Source of the DNA: a virus
IMG/VR virus record: IMGVR_UViG_3300000318_000002
Span: 20,814-84,813 of that record
Length of the DNA: 64,000 nt
Direction: 5' to 3' (one strand)
The translations under genes were made by a program, and so were the position numbers. The notes under the pieces are model-generated. The model was not told the origin of the DNA. It searched no databases and saw only the letters and a program-made list of their open reading frames with translations. Of this stretch, positions 9,097-18,382 are shown piece by piece (positions within the stretch are counted from its first letter, which is position 1; each line of letters begins with the position of its first letter).

Positions 9097-9132
9097 GCAG
9101 TGCTGAGTTTTATGTTTTTTACTCAGCACTGC
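9097..9132. other. 12-bp perfect hairpin in the leader of the first rightward gene
   Basis: GCAGTGCTGAGT-N12-ACTCAGCACTGC. Confidence 0.6.
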
Positions 9133-9169
9133 TTCCTTAAAAAAACAATATTTATAAGAAGGTCTTTTT

Positions 9170-9691
9170 ATGATCGATGCCTTAAAAGAATTTATTGAAA
9201 GTCCAATAGAACATTCTATCGAAAAAGAAAATTTTTACATCATGATCGGTAAACGTGGATTTGTTGTTTCCGTTGAAAAAAAAGAAATAAATAATTCTCA
9301 AACCGTAAATTCAGAATGTTCTGATCTTATTATAAATTATTTTTTCAAGTTTGCTGAAAAAAATCAATTAAGAGAATCTAAAAAACCTTCAGATATAAAA
9401 TATATTTGCTGCGATAATGTCATTGTATCAATTCAATTTTCATTCCAACGCATAAATTGGATAGTTCTTCCAAAAGTAAAATTATCTCTTGGAACAAAGG
9501 CTCTTGAGTTTATTTCGTCCGGCGGTACTGATGGAAAATCATTATCCGATATTACTGTTTATCTTCATAATAATAAACCAGAAATTAGAGCAGATATCTT
9601 AAAAAACCTTATAAATACAGGACAAATTGAACAAAAAACAGTTTTAGGGAAATCTAATCATCCTTGTACTTATTATTATGCAATCAAATAA
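9170..9691 (+). CDS. hypothetical protein with C-terminal winged-helix-like region
   Basis: 173 aa; C-terminus SLSDIT...ILKNLINTGQIEQ...TYY resembles a wHTH; adjacent to the putative origin. Confidence 0.55.
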   Translation: MIDALKEFIESPIEHSIEKENFYIMIGKRGFVVSVEKKEINNSQTVNSECSDLIINYFFKFAEKNQLRESKKPSDIKYICCDNVIVSIQFSFQRINWIVLPKVKLSLGTKALEFISSGGTDGKSLSDITVYLHNNKPEIRADILKNLINTGQIEQKTVLGKSNHPCTYYYAIK

Positions 9692-10115
9692 TATTCTCAA
9701 TATCCTAATTCCAGGTTCACTATATGACAGTGGTTCACCTGAAGGCAAACAGCGTGCTCGCCAAGGCAAAGGACATTTCTATAATCCTCAAAAAGATATG
9801 ATGGATAAAATGCGTATTTATGTAAAAGCGCAGCTTCCGGAAAATTTTATGATGATTAAAAAAAATGTTCCTGTAATTGTTAATAATAATTTTTTTATGG
9901 CAATACCAAAAATTCGTCAAAAGGGTGACTGGAAAGAATTTTATAAAAACGAAGATATCCCTCATCTTGAAAAATCCGATAGGGATAATTTGGACAAAAC
10001 CTTGCTGGATATTTGTAGTAAAATTATTTTTGCAGATGACAAGCAAATTTACGATGGCAGGATACAAAAATATTATTCCTTAAACCCTCGTGCTGAAATA
10101 GAAATTATTTATTAA
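9678..10115 (+). CDS. rusA: RusA-family Holliday junction resolvase
   Basis: P.GKQRAR, KSDRDNLDK..LD and DDKQI acidic catalytic motifs. Confidence 0.85.
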   Translation: MQSNNILNILIPGSLYDSGSPEGKQRARQGKGHFYNPQKDMMDKMRIYVKAQLPENFMMIKKNVPVIVNNNFFMAIPKIRQKGDWKEFYKNEDIPHLEKSDRDNLDKTLLDICSKIIFADDKQIYDGRIQKYYSLNPRAEIEIIY

Positions 10116-10127
10116 AAGGAGAAGGAT

Positions 10128-10817
10128 ATGAATGATTTAATCAAAATTGAAGAAAAAGACGGTAAACAAACAGTTAATGCCAGAGAATTACATGAATTTT
10201 TGGGAAATCAAAGACAATTTGCTAATTGGATTCAGGAAAGAATTGAAAAATATGATTTTATAGACGGTCAAGACTTTTTAACAATCCAGTTAAAAAGTAA
10301 TGGAGGACGACCTTCTATTGATTATTATATTTCTCTTGATATGGCAAAAGAACTTTCAATGGTAGAAAACAACGAAAAAGGAAAAGAAGCACGAAAATAT
10401 TTTATTGAAATAGAAAAAAGATATAAAAATATTATCCCCTTATATTTTGATAAAATATCTTCCCTCGAATTAAAAATTGATAAAATGGCTACTTTTATCG
10501 AAAAATACAATACTGAAGTTTTTCTTCCAAAACAAGAAGAAACTAAGCTGAAAAAAAATTGTAAACAAGTCATGAAAATGCTTCAACGAGTTCGTAATTA
10601 TGGAACACTTTATATGAATGAAGATGTTTTCTTTGGCTATCTCCCAGACTTTATGACAAGAGAAGAATTTAAAGAAGCTTCTAAACAACTTGAAGACGAA
10701 GGCGAAATCGAAATTACTGTAATATCAAATTCTGATATATCACCTCAATATCGTGTAGGTACTTGGTCGCTATTTAAACTCAGCATAAATCCATATGCCG
10801 GAAATGATTACAAATAA
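10128..10817 (+). CDS. AntA/AntB antirepressor-family protein
   Basis: TVNARELHEFL...FANWIQERIEKYDF..GQDF...GGRPSIDYYISLDMAKELSMVENNEKGKEARKYFIEIE. Confidence 0.9.
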   Translation: MNDLIKIEEKDGKQTVNARELHEFLGNQRQFANWIQERIEKYDFIDGQDFLTIQLKSNGGRPSIDYYISLDMAKELSMVENNEKGKEARKYFIEIEKRYKNIIPLYFDKISSLELKIDKMATFIEKYNTEVFLPKQEETKLKKNCKQVMKMLQRVRNYGTLYMNEDVFFGYLPDFMTREEFKEASKQLEDEGEIEITVISNSDISPQYRVGTWSLFKLSINPYAGNDYK

Positions 10818-10830
10818 GGAGCTACTATAA

Positions 10831-11088
10831 ATGTCAAACCGTACAACCAAAGGCAAAAAAGATGTTTTAATCCAAGAACTTTCCGTCCGTCACAAACTCA
10901 AAGACGGAATAATTATGAGACTCATGAATATTCTTGTTGCAAATAAAATAAAAATAGATCCTGAATTGTCAAATGTTATCGGAGCTTTATATTATGATAA
11001 AAATATTGCGAAAAAGATTTATAAGGAAATATCCATAAATGATACAGAAGCAAAAAGGGAAGCAGACAAAAACTCTTCCGCAGGATAA
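10831..11088 (+). CDS. hypothetical protein
   Basis: 85-aa ORF with AAGGAG RBS. Confidence 0.65.
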   Translation: MSNRTTKGKKDVLIQELSVRHKLKDGIIMRLMNILVANKIKIDPELSNVIGALYYDKNIAKKIYKEISINDTEAKREADKNSSAG

Positions 11089-11668
11089 TCCGGATTATAA
11101 ACCCGGTGATGCATTCAAACAATTGTCTGAAAAACAAAAGGCTTTTGTTGCTGAATACTTTGCACAATTTCAAAATGGGGCTAAAACATATCTTAAATTG
11201 TATCCAAAATCAACAACAGACTCAGCGAAGGCAGGGGCAAGTGAACTCTTAGCTTTGCCTTACGTTCGGCAGGCGGTTTTGGATGAATGCAGGAAGCGTA
11301 TAAAAGCTTTTACGGGTGAAGAATCAATTAATGAGACCTTTGCTCAAATTAAAGCAATATCCTCGTCTGATATATCAGACGTTATAAATATGGAAGACGG
11401 GACGTTTGTAGTTAAGTCGTTGAAAGATATCCCCGTTGAGGCACGAAAGGCTATTAAAAATATAAAGAGGAAATATAAAGAGACAAAAGATGGAATTGAA
11501 GAGTATATAGAGGTTACCCTTCACGACAAAATGAAAGCTATAGAGTTCCAAGCTAATATACAAAAGTTGTTGAATAATAAAGTGACTATAGAGCCGATAG
11601 AGATAATAATAAAACCGGCGATAAGACCGGAAAAAAAAGAAGGAGAAGAAAAAGATGAAAAAAATTAG
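11039..11668 (+). CDS. terminase small subunit
   Basis: LSEKQKAFVAEY...NGAKTY..Y...AKAGASELL..P.V and C-terminal EVTLHDKMKAIE, typical of Terminase_2. Confidence 0.85.
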   Translation: MIQKQKGKQTKTLPQDNPDYKPGDAFKQLSEKQKAFVAEYFAQFQNGAKTYLKLYPKSTTDSAKAGASELLALPYVRQAVLDECRKRIKAFTGEESINETFAQIKAISSSDISDVINMEDGTFVVKSLKDIPVEARKAIKNIKRKYKETKDGIEEYIEVTLHDKMKAIEFQANIQKLLNNKVTIEPIEIIIKPAIRPEKKEGEEKDEKN

Positions 11669-11826
11669 ATTTTGGGGGACACTACCTTTTACTATTGCTT
11701 TATTATTTTTTTGGGGGATTATTACTCTGCCATTTTTGCTATTGGGTAAAATAGGATGGTGGGGAATTGGAGAAAATATTTGTTTTTTCAGTTTTGATCT
11801 TGTTGATAAAATAAGAGGAGAATAAA

Positions 11827-11994
11827 ATGTTTAACATTACAAACGAAGAGTTGAAAGAAGCCGCTATCCCGATGATTAAGCTTATCAATGAAAAATGTCA
11901 TCCGAATGTAACTGTGATAATAACTCCTACAAGTGTTGAATTGTTTGAAAGTCAAATATGTGATCCGACTATAACCGAGTTTATAAAAGATTGA
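11827..11994 (+). CDS. small phage hypothetical protein
   Basis: Hand-translated 55 aa MFNITNEELKEAAIPMIKLINEKCHPNVTVIITPTSVEL...; GAGGAG RBS. Confidence 0.7.
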   Translation: MFNITNEELKEAAIPMIKLINEKCHPNVTVIITPTSVELFESQICDPTITEFIKD

Positions 11995-12144
11995 TTTTTT
12001 TACAAAAAAATTGTTGACAATAGATTATCTGTAATAATTATTGTCAACATGATCTTAAACGGATGTTTGTTCGATATCAAATAACCCAATTTAAAATTGC
12101 GCTCCGCCGTTTAAGATCAAATAAAACATTTAAGGATAACTAAA

Positions 12145-12519
12145 ATGTCAGATTATTACAGTCAACTTCGTAATGAATATAGTGGTCCATTATCGTCTCG
12201 GTCAAAAATGTTCCGAGAGGATAACTATCGTGAATCTGAATATGAAAAATCTGTAAAAAAAGAACCTGAAAATAAAAAATCTGTAAAAAAAAATAAATGG
12301 ATACCTAAAAATGGCGAGACCTGCGTTTTTTTTGATGATTTTAATTTAAAAAATAGAATTGTTTCTCAATTAAATAATCATTGTGATCCTAAAATAACAA
12401 ATAGATATCAAGCAGTAAATGGGGTGGGATATGAACATATAGCAAAATTAACACCAGAAAATTCTAAATATTTAACTCTTGGATTTGAAGAATTTTTAAA
12501 ACATTCAGAGGTTAAATAA
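12145..12519 (+). CDS. hypothetical protein
   Basis: 124-aa ORF with AAGGA RBS. Confidence 0.65.
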   Translation: MSDYYSQLRNEYSGPLSSRSKMFREDNYRESEYEKSVKKEPENKKSVKKNKWIPKNGETCVFFDDFNLKNRIVSQLNNHCDPKITNRYQAVNGVGYEHIAKLTPENSKYLTLGFEEFLKHSEVK

Positions 12520-12520
12520 A

Positions 12521-13324
12521 ATGAAAATATTATATTTTGGTAATTGGATTAATGTCGAATTGAATGATCCTAAAATATCAGAGATTGGGATTACCATAGA
12601 ACAGGACGCATATATAGGACAGGACGCACGTATAGAACAGGGCGCATATATAGAACAGGGCGCATATATAGGACAGGGCGCATATATAGGACAGGACGCA
12701 TATATAGAACAGGGCGCACGTATCGGACAGGACGCACATATAGAACAGGGCGCACGTATCGGACAGGACGCACATATAGAACAGGGCGCATATATCGGAC
12801 AGGGCGCACGTATAGAACGGGACGCACGTATAGGACAGGACGCATATATAGGACAGGGCGCACGTATCGGACAGGGCGCATATATCGGACAAGACGCATA
12901 TATAGGACAGGGCGCACGTATCGGACAGGGCGCACGTATAGAACAGGGCGCACGTATCGAACGGGACGCATATATAGGACAGGGCGCACGTATAGAACGG
13001 GACGCATATATAGAACGGGGCGCATGTATAGAACGGGACGCATATATCGGACAGGACGCATATATAGGACAGGGCGCACGTATCGAACGGGACGCATATA
13101 TAGAACGGGGCGCATGTATCGAAACAATTATTATCTCATCACATAACAAATATACAATAATTTTGTGTAATGGTAAAATTGCTATTGGATGTAAATTGTT
13201 TACATATGATGAATGGATAGAAAACGGGGAATCCATCGCAAAAGAAAATGGATGTGATAGCGATATTGAATATTATCGTGATAAAATAAATAAACTTAAA
13301 AATTTTATGGATGAATCTAAATGA
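12521..13324 (+). CDS. left-handed beta-helix (hexapeptide repeat) protein
   Basis: 29 I-[EG]-[QR]-[DG]-A-[YRHC] hexapeptides and a C-terminal IAIGC cap; GAGG RBS. Confidence 0.85.
   Translation: MKILYFGNWINVELNDPKISEIGITIEQDAYIGQDARIEQGAYIEQGAYIGQGAYIGQDAYIEQGARIGQDAHIEQGARIGQDAHIEQGAYIGQGARIERDARIGQDAYIGQGARIGQGAYIGQDAYIGQGARIGQGARIEQGARIERDAYIGQGARIERDAYIERGACIERDAYIGQDAYIGQGARIERDAYIERGACIETIIISSHNKYTIILCNGKIAIGCKLFTYDEWIENGESIAKENGCDSDIEYYRDKINKLKNFMDESK
12596..13117 (+). repeat. 29 x 18-bp coding tandem repeat
   Basis: Unit ATM GRA CRG GRC GCA YRT, read directly from the sequence. Confidence 0.95.
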
Positions 13325-13563
13325 AAATTTATAAAATTAAACGATTCCCTAAAGAATATGAAACTGAATTTTTTGGAATAACCAAAGTTCAATGGAGAAT
13401 TTTACAAGAGAGAGAACATTTTGGTGAAATCGGATCAATAAATAAGGCATTATATTTATCTCCATCCGGATTTTGGATTCCTTTCGGATACTATTCTGAA
13501 ACAACAAATGAAACAATTATAAATAAAATTATAAATTTATTTATAGAAAGAGTCATAAAATGA
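13321..13563 (+). CDS. hypothetical protein
   Basis: 80-aa ORF packed between its neighbours. Confidence 0.6.
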   Translation: MKIYKIKRFPKEYETEFFGITKVQWRILQEREHFGEIGSINKALYLSPSGFWIPFGYYSETTNETIINKIINLFIERVIK

Positions 13564-14165
13564 AAATAGAGCTTTTATCAATAACTTCAAATGCTCAAAA
13601 ACTAATCGAAGAAGCTGGTCGCACTTGCTATAAATCAAAATCTGGAGATAACACTGATTCTAATTTTATTCGCGGTGCTATTCAACGCGGTCATGAGTCC
13701 ATAATAGAACATGCTTCAGCTACGTTTCGGATATCTGAAGTATCTCGTGCGCTTTCTCATCAACTTGTTCGGCATAGATTGGCAAGTTTCAGCCAAATGT
13801 CGCAAAGATATACTAACGGCGAAAATTTTACATATGAAGTCCCTAATGCTATAAAAAATGTTCCTCATTTGTATGAAGAATTTATTCGTTTTATGAATGA
13901 AACTAAAAATATGTATTCGTATTTTACTCATCAAGGGATTAAACCGGAAGACGCACGGTCGATACTACCAAATGCTTGCCATACTGAAATTGTTATGACT
14001 GCCAATTTTAGGGAATGGAGGACAATATTCAAACTCCGTTGTGATTCTCACGCTCAATTAGATATTCGTATAATGGCAAAATCAATTCTTGAAATATTAT
14101 ATTCAAATGCTCCGGATGTTTTTTTTGATTTATATGAAAAATTTATAGGAGTGGAGGAGAAATAA
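13560..14165 (+). CDS. thyX: flavin-dependent thymidylate synthase
   Basis: GHESIIEH, SRALSHQLVRHRLASFSQMSQRY (RHRx7S), EDARSILP, NFREW..IFKLRC..HAQ. Confidence 0.96.
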   Translation: MKIELLSITSNAQKLIEEAGRTCYKSKSGDNTDSNFIRGAIQRGHESIIEHASATFRISEVSRALSHQLVRHRLASFSQMSQRYTNGENFTYEVPNAIKNVPHLYEEFIRFMNETKNMYSYFTHQGIKPEDARSILPNACHTEIVMTANFREWRTIFKLRCDSHAQLDIRIMAKSILEILYSNAPDVFFDLYEKFIGVEEK

Positions 14166-14166
14166 A

Positions 14167-14370
14167 ATGAAAACCTATTTCCCCGATGACCCTATAAAGC
14201 AGGAAATGCTAAATTTAATTCTAAAACATTTAAAAATTAAATTAGATAATGGTATTGGGTTATGTCAATATCCGGATTGTTCTGAATGCCCGAATTATCC
14301 TACGTGCAATACGTATGAAATATGCGATTTAATTAAACGTGCAACAGGCGGGAACCCCAGTGAAATTTAA
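14167..14370 (+). CDS. small Cys-rich hypothetical protein
   Basis: CQYPDCSECPNYPTC; GGAGGAG RBS. Confidence 0.6.
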   Translation: MKTYFPDDPIKQEMLNLILKHLKIKLDNGIGLCQYPDCSECPNYPTCNTYEICDLIKRATGGNPSEI

Positions 14371-14557
14371 AATAAAAGGATTAATTCCCGATTATATTAT
14401 TCTTGCCTATAAAGAAAAAAATGAAATTACAGTTGAATTGGCAATAGAAACTTTTAAGAATGGTAAAATAGTATTCCACGTAGAGGGTTGTTATAAAGAT
14501 TATAAATTTGATTATATTACTGAAGCTGTTGAATGTTATAATAATTGGGAAAATTGA
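14360..14557 (+). CDS. hypothetical protein
   Basis: ORF 14339..14557, probable GTG start at 14360. Confidence 0.5.
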   Translation: MKFKIKGLIPDYIILAYKEKNEITVELAIETFKNGKIVFHVEGCYKDYKFDYITEAVECYNNWEN

Positions 14558-14770
14558 ATGTCTTGTAAGCGTTGTGCAAAGCCTGTTCGAGGTTTAACCG
14601 GTCGTGCCGGATATTGCGATACTTGTAAGCCTATTATGACAAGAATAAGCCAATTGATTATTCTTGCGGATAAAGGGTTATTACAAAAGCGAGAAAGATC
14701 AAATCAAGGAATATTAAAAAAATGTTCTCATAATTGTTTTAATTGTGAGTTATCTGACTGTATTCAATAA
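14558..14770 (+). CDS. small zinc-finger protein
   Basis: CKRC...CDTC and CSHNCFNCELSDC. Confidence 0.6.
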   Translation: MSCKRCAKPVRGLTGRAGYCDTCKPIMTRISQLIILADKGLLQKRERSNQGILKKCSHNCFNCELSDCIQ

Positions 14771-15237
14771 ATCAAAAAACCGCCACTAATTGAAGCTGAA
14801 ATTGATTTAGATCCATATGTCCCCTGAACCCCAATAGTAAATCTATCATTAAAAAATTTGCTGAACGTAAGTCCATAAACTTGCGTTATTTTTTTATTAA
14901 TCAGCGTGAATCCATAAGCCCCTTGTATTAAATATCTAGGCATTGTAGATGAAGCCTTTATCCGGTCCTGAACATGTGTGCTTTTCCATCCATCACTGGC
15001 GGTTATATCATAAATATCTTCTCCTATTAAATATCTATTGATATCAATTGGAGAATTAAAAGCTTTTAGATAGTCGTCGGTTGTTTCCGGATATTTAATT
15101 ATTGTATGAGTTACCGGAATAATGTCTTTTTGTATCTCAATTTTTGTTTTTATTGCCGGCTTTAACCATATAGTAAGTCCTGATCCTGTAATAAGCCCCA
15201 AAAATACTGAGATTAAAATAATTTTTAAAGTTTTCAT
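14764..15237 (-). CDS. membrane-anchored protein with C-terminal amphipathic beta-strands (possible lysis/spanin-like)
   Basis: N-terminal TM helix from MKTLKIILISVFLG; C-terminus of alternating beta-strands ending GGFLIY. Confidence 0.5.
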   Translation of the reverse strand: MKTLKIILISVFLGLITGSGLTIWLKPAIKTKIEIQKDIIPVTHTIIKYPETTDDYLKAFNSPIDINRYLIGEDIYDITASDGWKSTHVQDRIKASSTMPRYLIQGAYGFTLINKKITQVYGLTFSKFFNDRFTIGVQGTYGSKSISASISGGFLIY

Positions 15238-15301
15238 AAACAAAAAAATAATTGACATCCGCTTTGTGTCAACCACTTATTTCTTTTCGAAAGGGAAATA
15301 A

Positions 15302-16732
15302 ATGGCTCAAACGGTTATTGATTTTACTGACTTTTATAAACTGATAAATCCTGCCTTTTGGGACTTCTTTGATAATAAATATCGTATAAGAATTTCTCTT
15401 GGCGGCGGCGGATCGGGAAAATCGTATGAGTGTTTTCAAGAAATTGTTTACAAAATGGTTAATGAACCAGGGCATAATTTTTTAATATGTCGTAAGGTCG
15501 CAAACACTTCAAAAACTTCTACTTATGCACTCATGAAGCAAGTTATTACAGATCTAGGATTATGGACCGTCTTCAAAGAAAATAAATCTGATCTTAGCTT
15601 TACTTGTATCCATAATAATAACATGGCGGTGTTCAAAGGACTTGATGATATTGAAAAACTTAAATCTATAACATTCCCGTCAGGAATTTTAACCGATATC
15701 GTTGTTGAAGAAGCAACGGAAATAACCCAAAAAGATTTTGATCAATTAAATATTCGTTTACGTGGTACAAAAAAACCGACAAACGTTCCTTTCCAGATTA
15801 CAATGCTACTCAACCCTATCCATGATAAACACTGGATAAAGCGTGAATTTTTTGATTTAAAATCTTATCAGACAGACCAATTTGATAAAGACGGTAAATT
15901 GATCCGGAAAGGGATAAGTGTTTATTTATTACATACGACATATCAAGACAATTTATTTATAGATGAGGAGTACAAGCAAACTCTTGAAAACTATAAAGTT
16001 ATTGATGAACAGATGTACCGGGTTTATTGTTTGGGAGAATGGGGTTGCTTTGGGAATGTTATTTTTAATAACTGGACCGCGTTGCCCTGTCCTTATGGCG
16101 TTGACGATTTTGATATGGTATTCTACGGTCAAGATTACGGGTATAATCATCCAAGCGTAATTTCTTGTACTGGATTAAAAGATGGTAATTTGTATTCTTT
16201 TGATGAGCTATGCGTATTTGAGAAAACAAATAAAGAATTTATCGCGGCAAACGAAGAGTATCAGGTATATCCAAAGAACAAACAGGCAAGAGGCGATTCC
16301 GCAGAACCGGCACGTATAAAAGAATGGCAGCAATATGGATATGCGGTTATAGGAGCCGCAAAAGGGCAAGGCTCCGTACGTCGTGGTATAGATTTTATAA
16401 AGTCTTTCAAGTGGTTCATTGATCCCAACAAATGCCCTCGCTTATTGCAAGAGGTCCAGACATTCCACTGGAAAACTAACAAGGCTGGTGAAGTTGTGAC
16501 GCCTGAAGAACCGATAGAACTCGATGATGATGCCATAAAAGCTACTTTTTATGGGCTTGAGCCGATCAGCAAAATGCGCGGGAAACCTGGTGTTTTATCC
16601 GGAACAAAAGATGATAATAAGAAAGAAGCCATTCAGATACGTCGTGAAATGCGACATAAGGAGCGAGAAGTGAAAACCGCTCTTGTTCGTAGGCGTAGAG
16701 AAGAAAGAGAAAAAAACAGAGAAAAAAGTTAA
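15302..16732 (+). CDS. terminase large subunit (PBSX/SPP1-like)
   Basis: Walker A GGGGSGKS, FKGLDDIEKLKSI, Walker B VVEEATE, LNP, nuclease GQDYGYNHP, DSAEP, DDAI. Confidence 0.95.
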   Translation: MAQTVIDFTDFYKLINPAFWDFFDNKYRIRISLGGGGSGKSYECFQEIVYKMVNEPGHNFLICRKVANTSKTSTYALMKQVITDLGLWTVFKENKSDLSFTCIHNNNMAVFKGLDDIEKLKSITFPSGILTDIVVEEATEITQKDFDQLNIRLRGTKKPTNVPFQITMLLNPIHDKHWIKREFFDLKSYQTDQFDKDGKLIRKGISVYLLHTTYQDNLFIDEEYKQTLENYKVIDEQMYRVYCLGEWGCFGNVIFNNWTALPCPYGVDDFDMVFYGQDYGYNHPSVISCTGLKDGNLYSFDELCVFEKTNKEFIAANEEYQVYPKNKQARGDSAEPARIKEWQQYGYAVIGAAKGQGSVRRGIDFIKSFKWFIDPNKCPRLLQEVQTFHWKTNKAGEVVTPEEPIELDDDAIKATFYGLEPISKMRGKPGVLSGTKDDNKKEAIQIRREMRHKEREVKTALVRRRREEREKNREKS

Positions 16733-16736
16733 TTTT

Positions 16737-16779
16737 TGTCAAAAAAATTGTTGACAAAACCTATTAAATGGGTTATACT
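16737..16779 (+). promoter_or_regulatory. sigma70-type promoter with upstream palindrome arm
   Basis: TGTCAA-N8-TTGACA (16751)-N17-TATACT (16774). Confidence 0.85.
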
Positions 16780-16821
16780 GTTATTATTGAATGAGATGAA
16801 AATCAAAAGAGAGGTTCCGTT

Positions 16822-16968
16822 ATGAAAAAAGTATTTTTTAACCATGCCTATTGGATGATTGATGAAAATTTAACGGTATTGGTCGAATGTATGGCTAAAG
16901 GTAGGACCGTTACCCTGAACCATCTGACTCTCGAAGATCGGAAAACTGTTTTGAAGCAAATTTTTTAA
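16822..16968 (+). CDS. hypothetical protein
   Basis: Hand-translated 48 aa MKKVFFNHAYW...; GAGG RBS, first gene after the promoter. Confidence 0.55.
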   Translation: MKKVFFNHAYWMIDENLTVLVECMAKGRTVTLNHLTLEDRKTVLKQIF

Positions 16969-16991
16969 TTATTAAATAAAAGGGGGATACT

Positions 16992-17204
16992 ATGAAAATA
17001 TCAGATAAAGTTATTGCGACTGAATCGGGAACATTTGGCGGTATAACAGGTGAAGTTATTTCTGTATATCCGGCTGGAACCCATGGAACCGAACCTGTTC
17101 TTCAGGTGTTGTTTAGAATCCAAAAGCATTTTTATAAAGCTCAATTCCCAAAAACTAAATTACGTTACGAGCATGAAGCTATCGATAATTTTATAATGTT
17201 TTAG
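16992..17204 (+). CDS. hypothetical protein (SH3/KOW-like start)
   Basis: MKISDKVIA...GITGEVISV; GGGGGA RBS. Confidence 0.6.
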   Translation: MKISDKVIATESGTFGGITGEVISVYPAGTHGTEPVLQVLFRIQKHFYKAQFPKTKLRYEHEAIDNFIMF

Positions 17205-17297
17205 GTTAAAAAAAGTCAATTATTGTCAAAAAAGTTGTTGACAGAATAGAATAAATGAATCATGGTATTTTTAGATCAAAACAAAAGAGAGGAAATT

Positions 17298-17504
17298 ATG
17301 AAAGCGATTAGAACTTTTAGCATTTTAAAAAATGATTCGGATTCCGAAAGAATAAAAATTGACCTTGTAAAAAATGAAGATGGCATGTATCAGTGGGTGT
17401 ATGAAGACGATGACCTTCCGTTATTTGCCTCTATCTCTAAAGCTACTGAGTGGGCAAAGATATCGTATAAGGGCACGGCATGGGCGATGAAAAGTAACTG
17501 GTAA
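17298..17504 (+). CDS. hypothetical protein
   Basis: Start at MKAIRT after a GAGG RBS. Confidence 0.6.
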   Translation: MKAIRTFSILKNDSDSERIKIDLVKNEDGMYQWVYEDDDLPLFASISKATEWAKISYKGTAWAMKSNW

Positions 17505-17665
17505 TAACAACCCGACCGGCGGCGGAGTATCCGCCGGAAATAATAAACGGAAAACTGCTGTAAAAATGACGAAAGTCTGCGGTTTTTAAACGACAATTAT
17601 TGCGTCCTTAAATTCAAAAAAACGGGTGATTGCCGGATGACGTAAATATTTAAATGGAGGCTCTT

Positions 17666-17869
17666 ATGTATCTGTTTAATGTTACAAACAAATTCGGGGA
17701 TTATGCAGAGGCTGGCGGGATAAAAGCTAATCAGGTTGATCAGATGACCGCCGAGTACTTTTATCGTCACATGCTCAAATACCGTGCGCAGGAGCACTGG
17801 CAGATTGTGAGCATAGAGCAAAATAAAAACAAGGAGCAAATAAAATGTCAAACATCAAAGTGGTGTTAA
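17666..17869 (+). CDS. hypothetical protein
   Basis: Start at MYLFNV after a GGAGG RBS. Confidence 0.55.
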   Translation: MYLFNVTNKFGDYAEAGGIKANQVDQMTAEYFYRHMLKYRAQEHWQIVSIEQNKNKEQIKCQTSKWC

Positions 17870-18009
17870 CGCCGAAACAAAAAAAAATGTTGGAACAGAT
17901 TATAAATGAGGGTTGCGACGGCATAACGTGCGAGCTCTGCCCGCTTGAAAACATGTACGGAGGCAGCAATGACATAATCGCCGAGACGCTTCTCGAGGCA
18001 TCAAAATGA
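17845..18009 (+). CDS. small Cys-containing hypothetical protein
   Basis: Hand-translated 54 aa MSNIKVVLTPKQKKMLE...CDGITCELCP; AAGGAG RBS. Confidence 0.6.
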   Translation: MSNIKVVLTPKQKKMLEQIINEGCDGITCELCPLENMYGGSNDIIAETLLEASK

Positions 18010-18187
18010 AAATATTACCGAATGAAGAAACAGAAAAGCCGTTCAAGCCGTTTTCAATATTGATCGAATCGGCAGATGAGGCGTGGGCGATTGAGAATTT
18101 GATGTATTCAGATGAGTCCCCTTTTTCAGAATACGATTATAGCAATTTTCATGCCGCTCGGATACTCGCAGAAAAAGGATAATAAAA

Positions 18188-18382
18188 ATGAAAATAAAAA
18201 TTACTAATGAATATGCATGGGACAATGTGGTAACTCATAGGGATATCGCTGTAAGGATAAAAAAAATGTTATCTGACGACCCGGTATTTACGTTTGCCGT
18301 ATATAGGGACGAAACAGATTTTTTTGACCGCACCACCGAGTTAACGGTTAGGGCAAAAATAAAGGAGAATAAAAATGTTTAA
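18188..18382 (+). CDS. hypothetical protein
   Basis: 64-aa ORF, AAGGA RBS. Confidence 0.55.
   Translation: MKIKITNEYAWDNVVTHRDIAVRIKKMLSDDPVFTFAVYRDETDFFDRTTELTVRAKIKENKNV

Noticed and set aside
12596-13117. Repeat array as a CRISPR or a DGR target
   Set aside because: No unique spacers, and units are in-frame codons. Variation includes T/C changes and is two-state rather than random at adenines; no reverse transcriptase is present in the window.
12505-13236. Three long minus-strand ORFs (12505..13236, 12578..12892, 12591..13127)
   Set aside because: Shadows of the stop-free 18-bp repeat; the plus-strand frame has an RBS, sensible caps and operon context.
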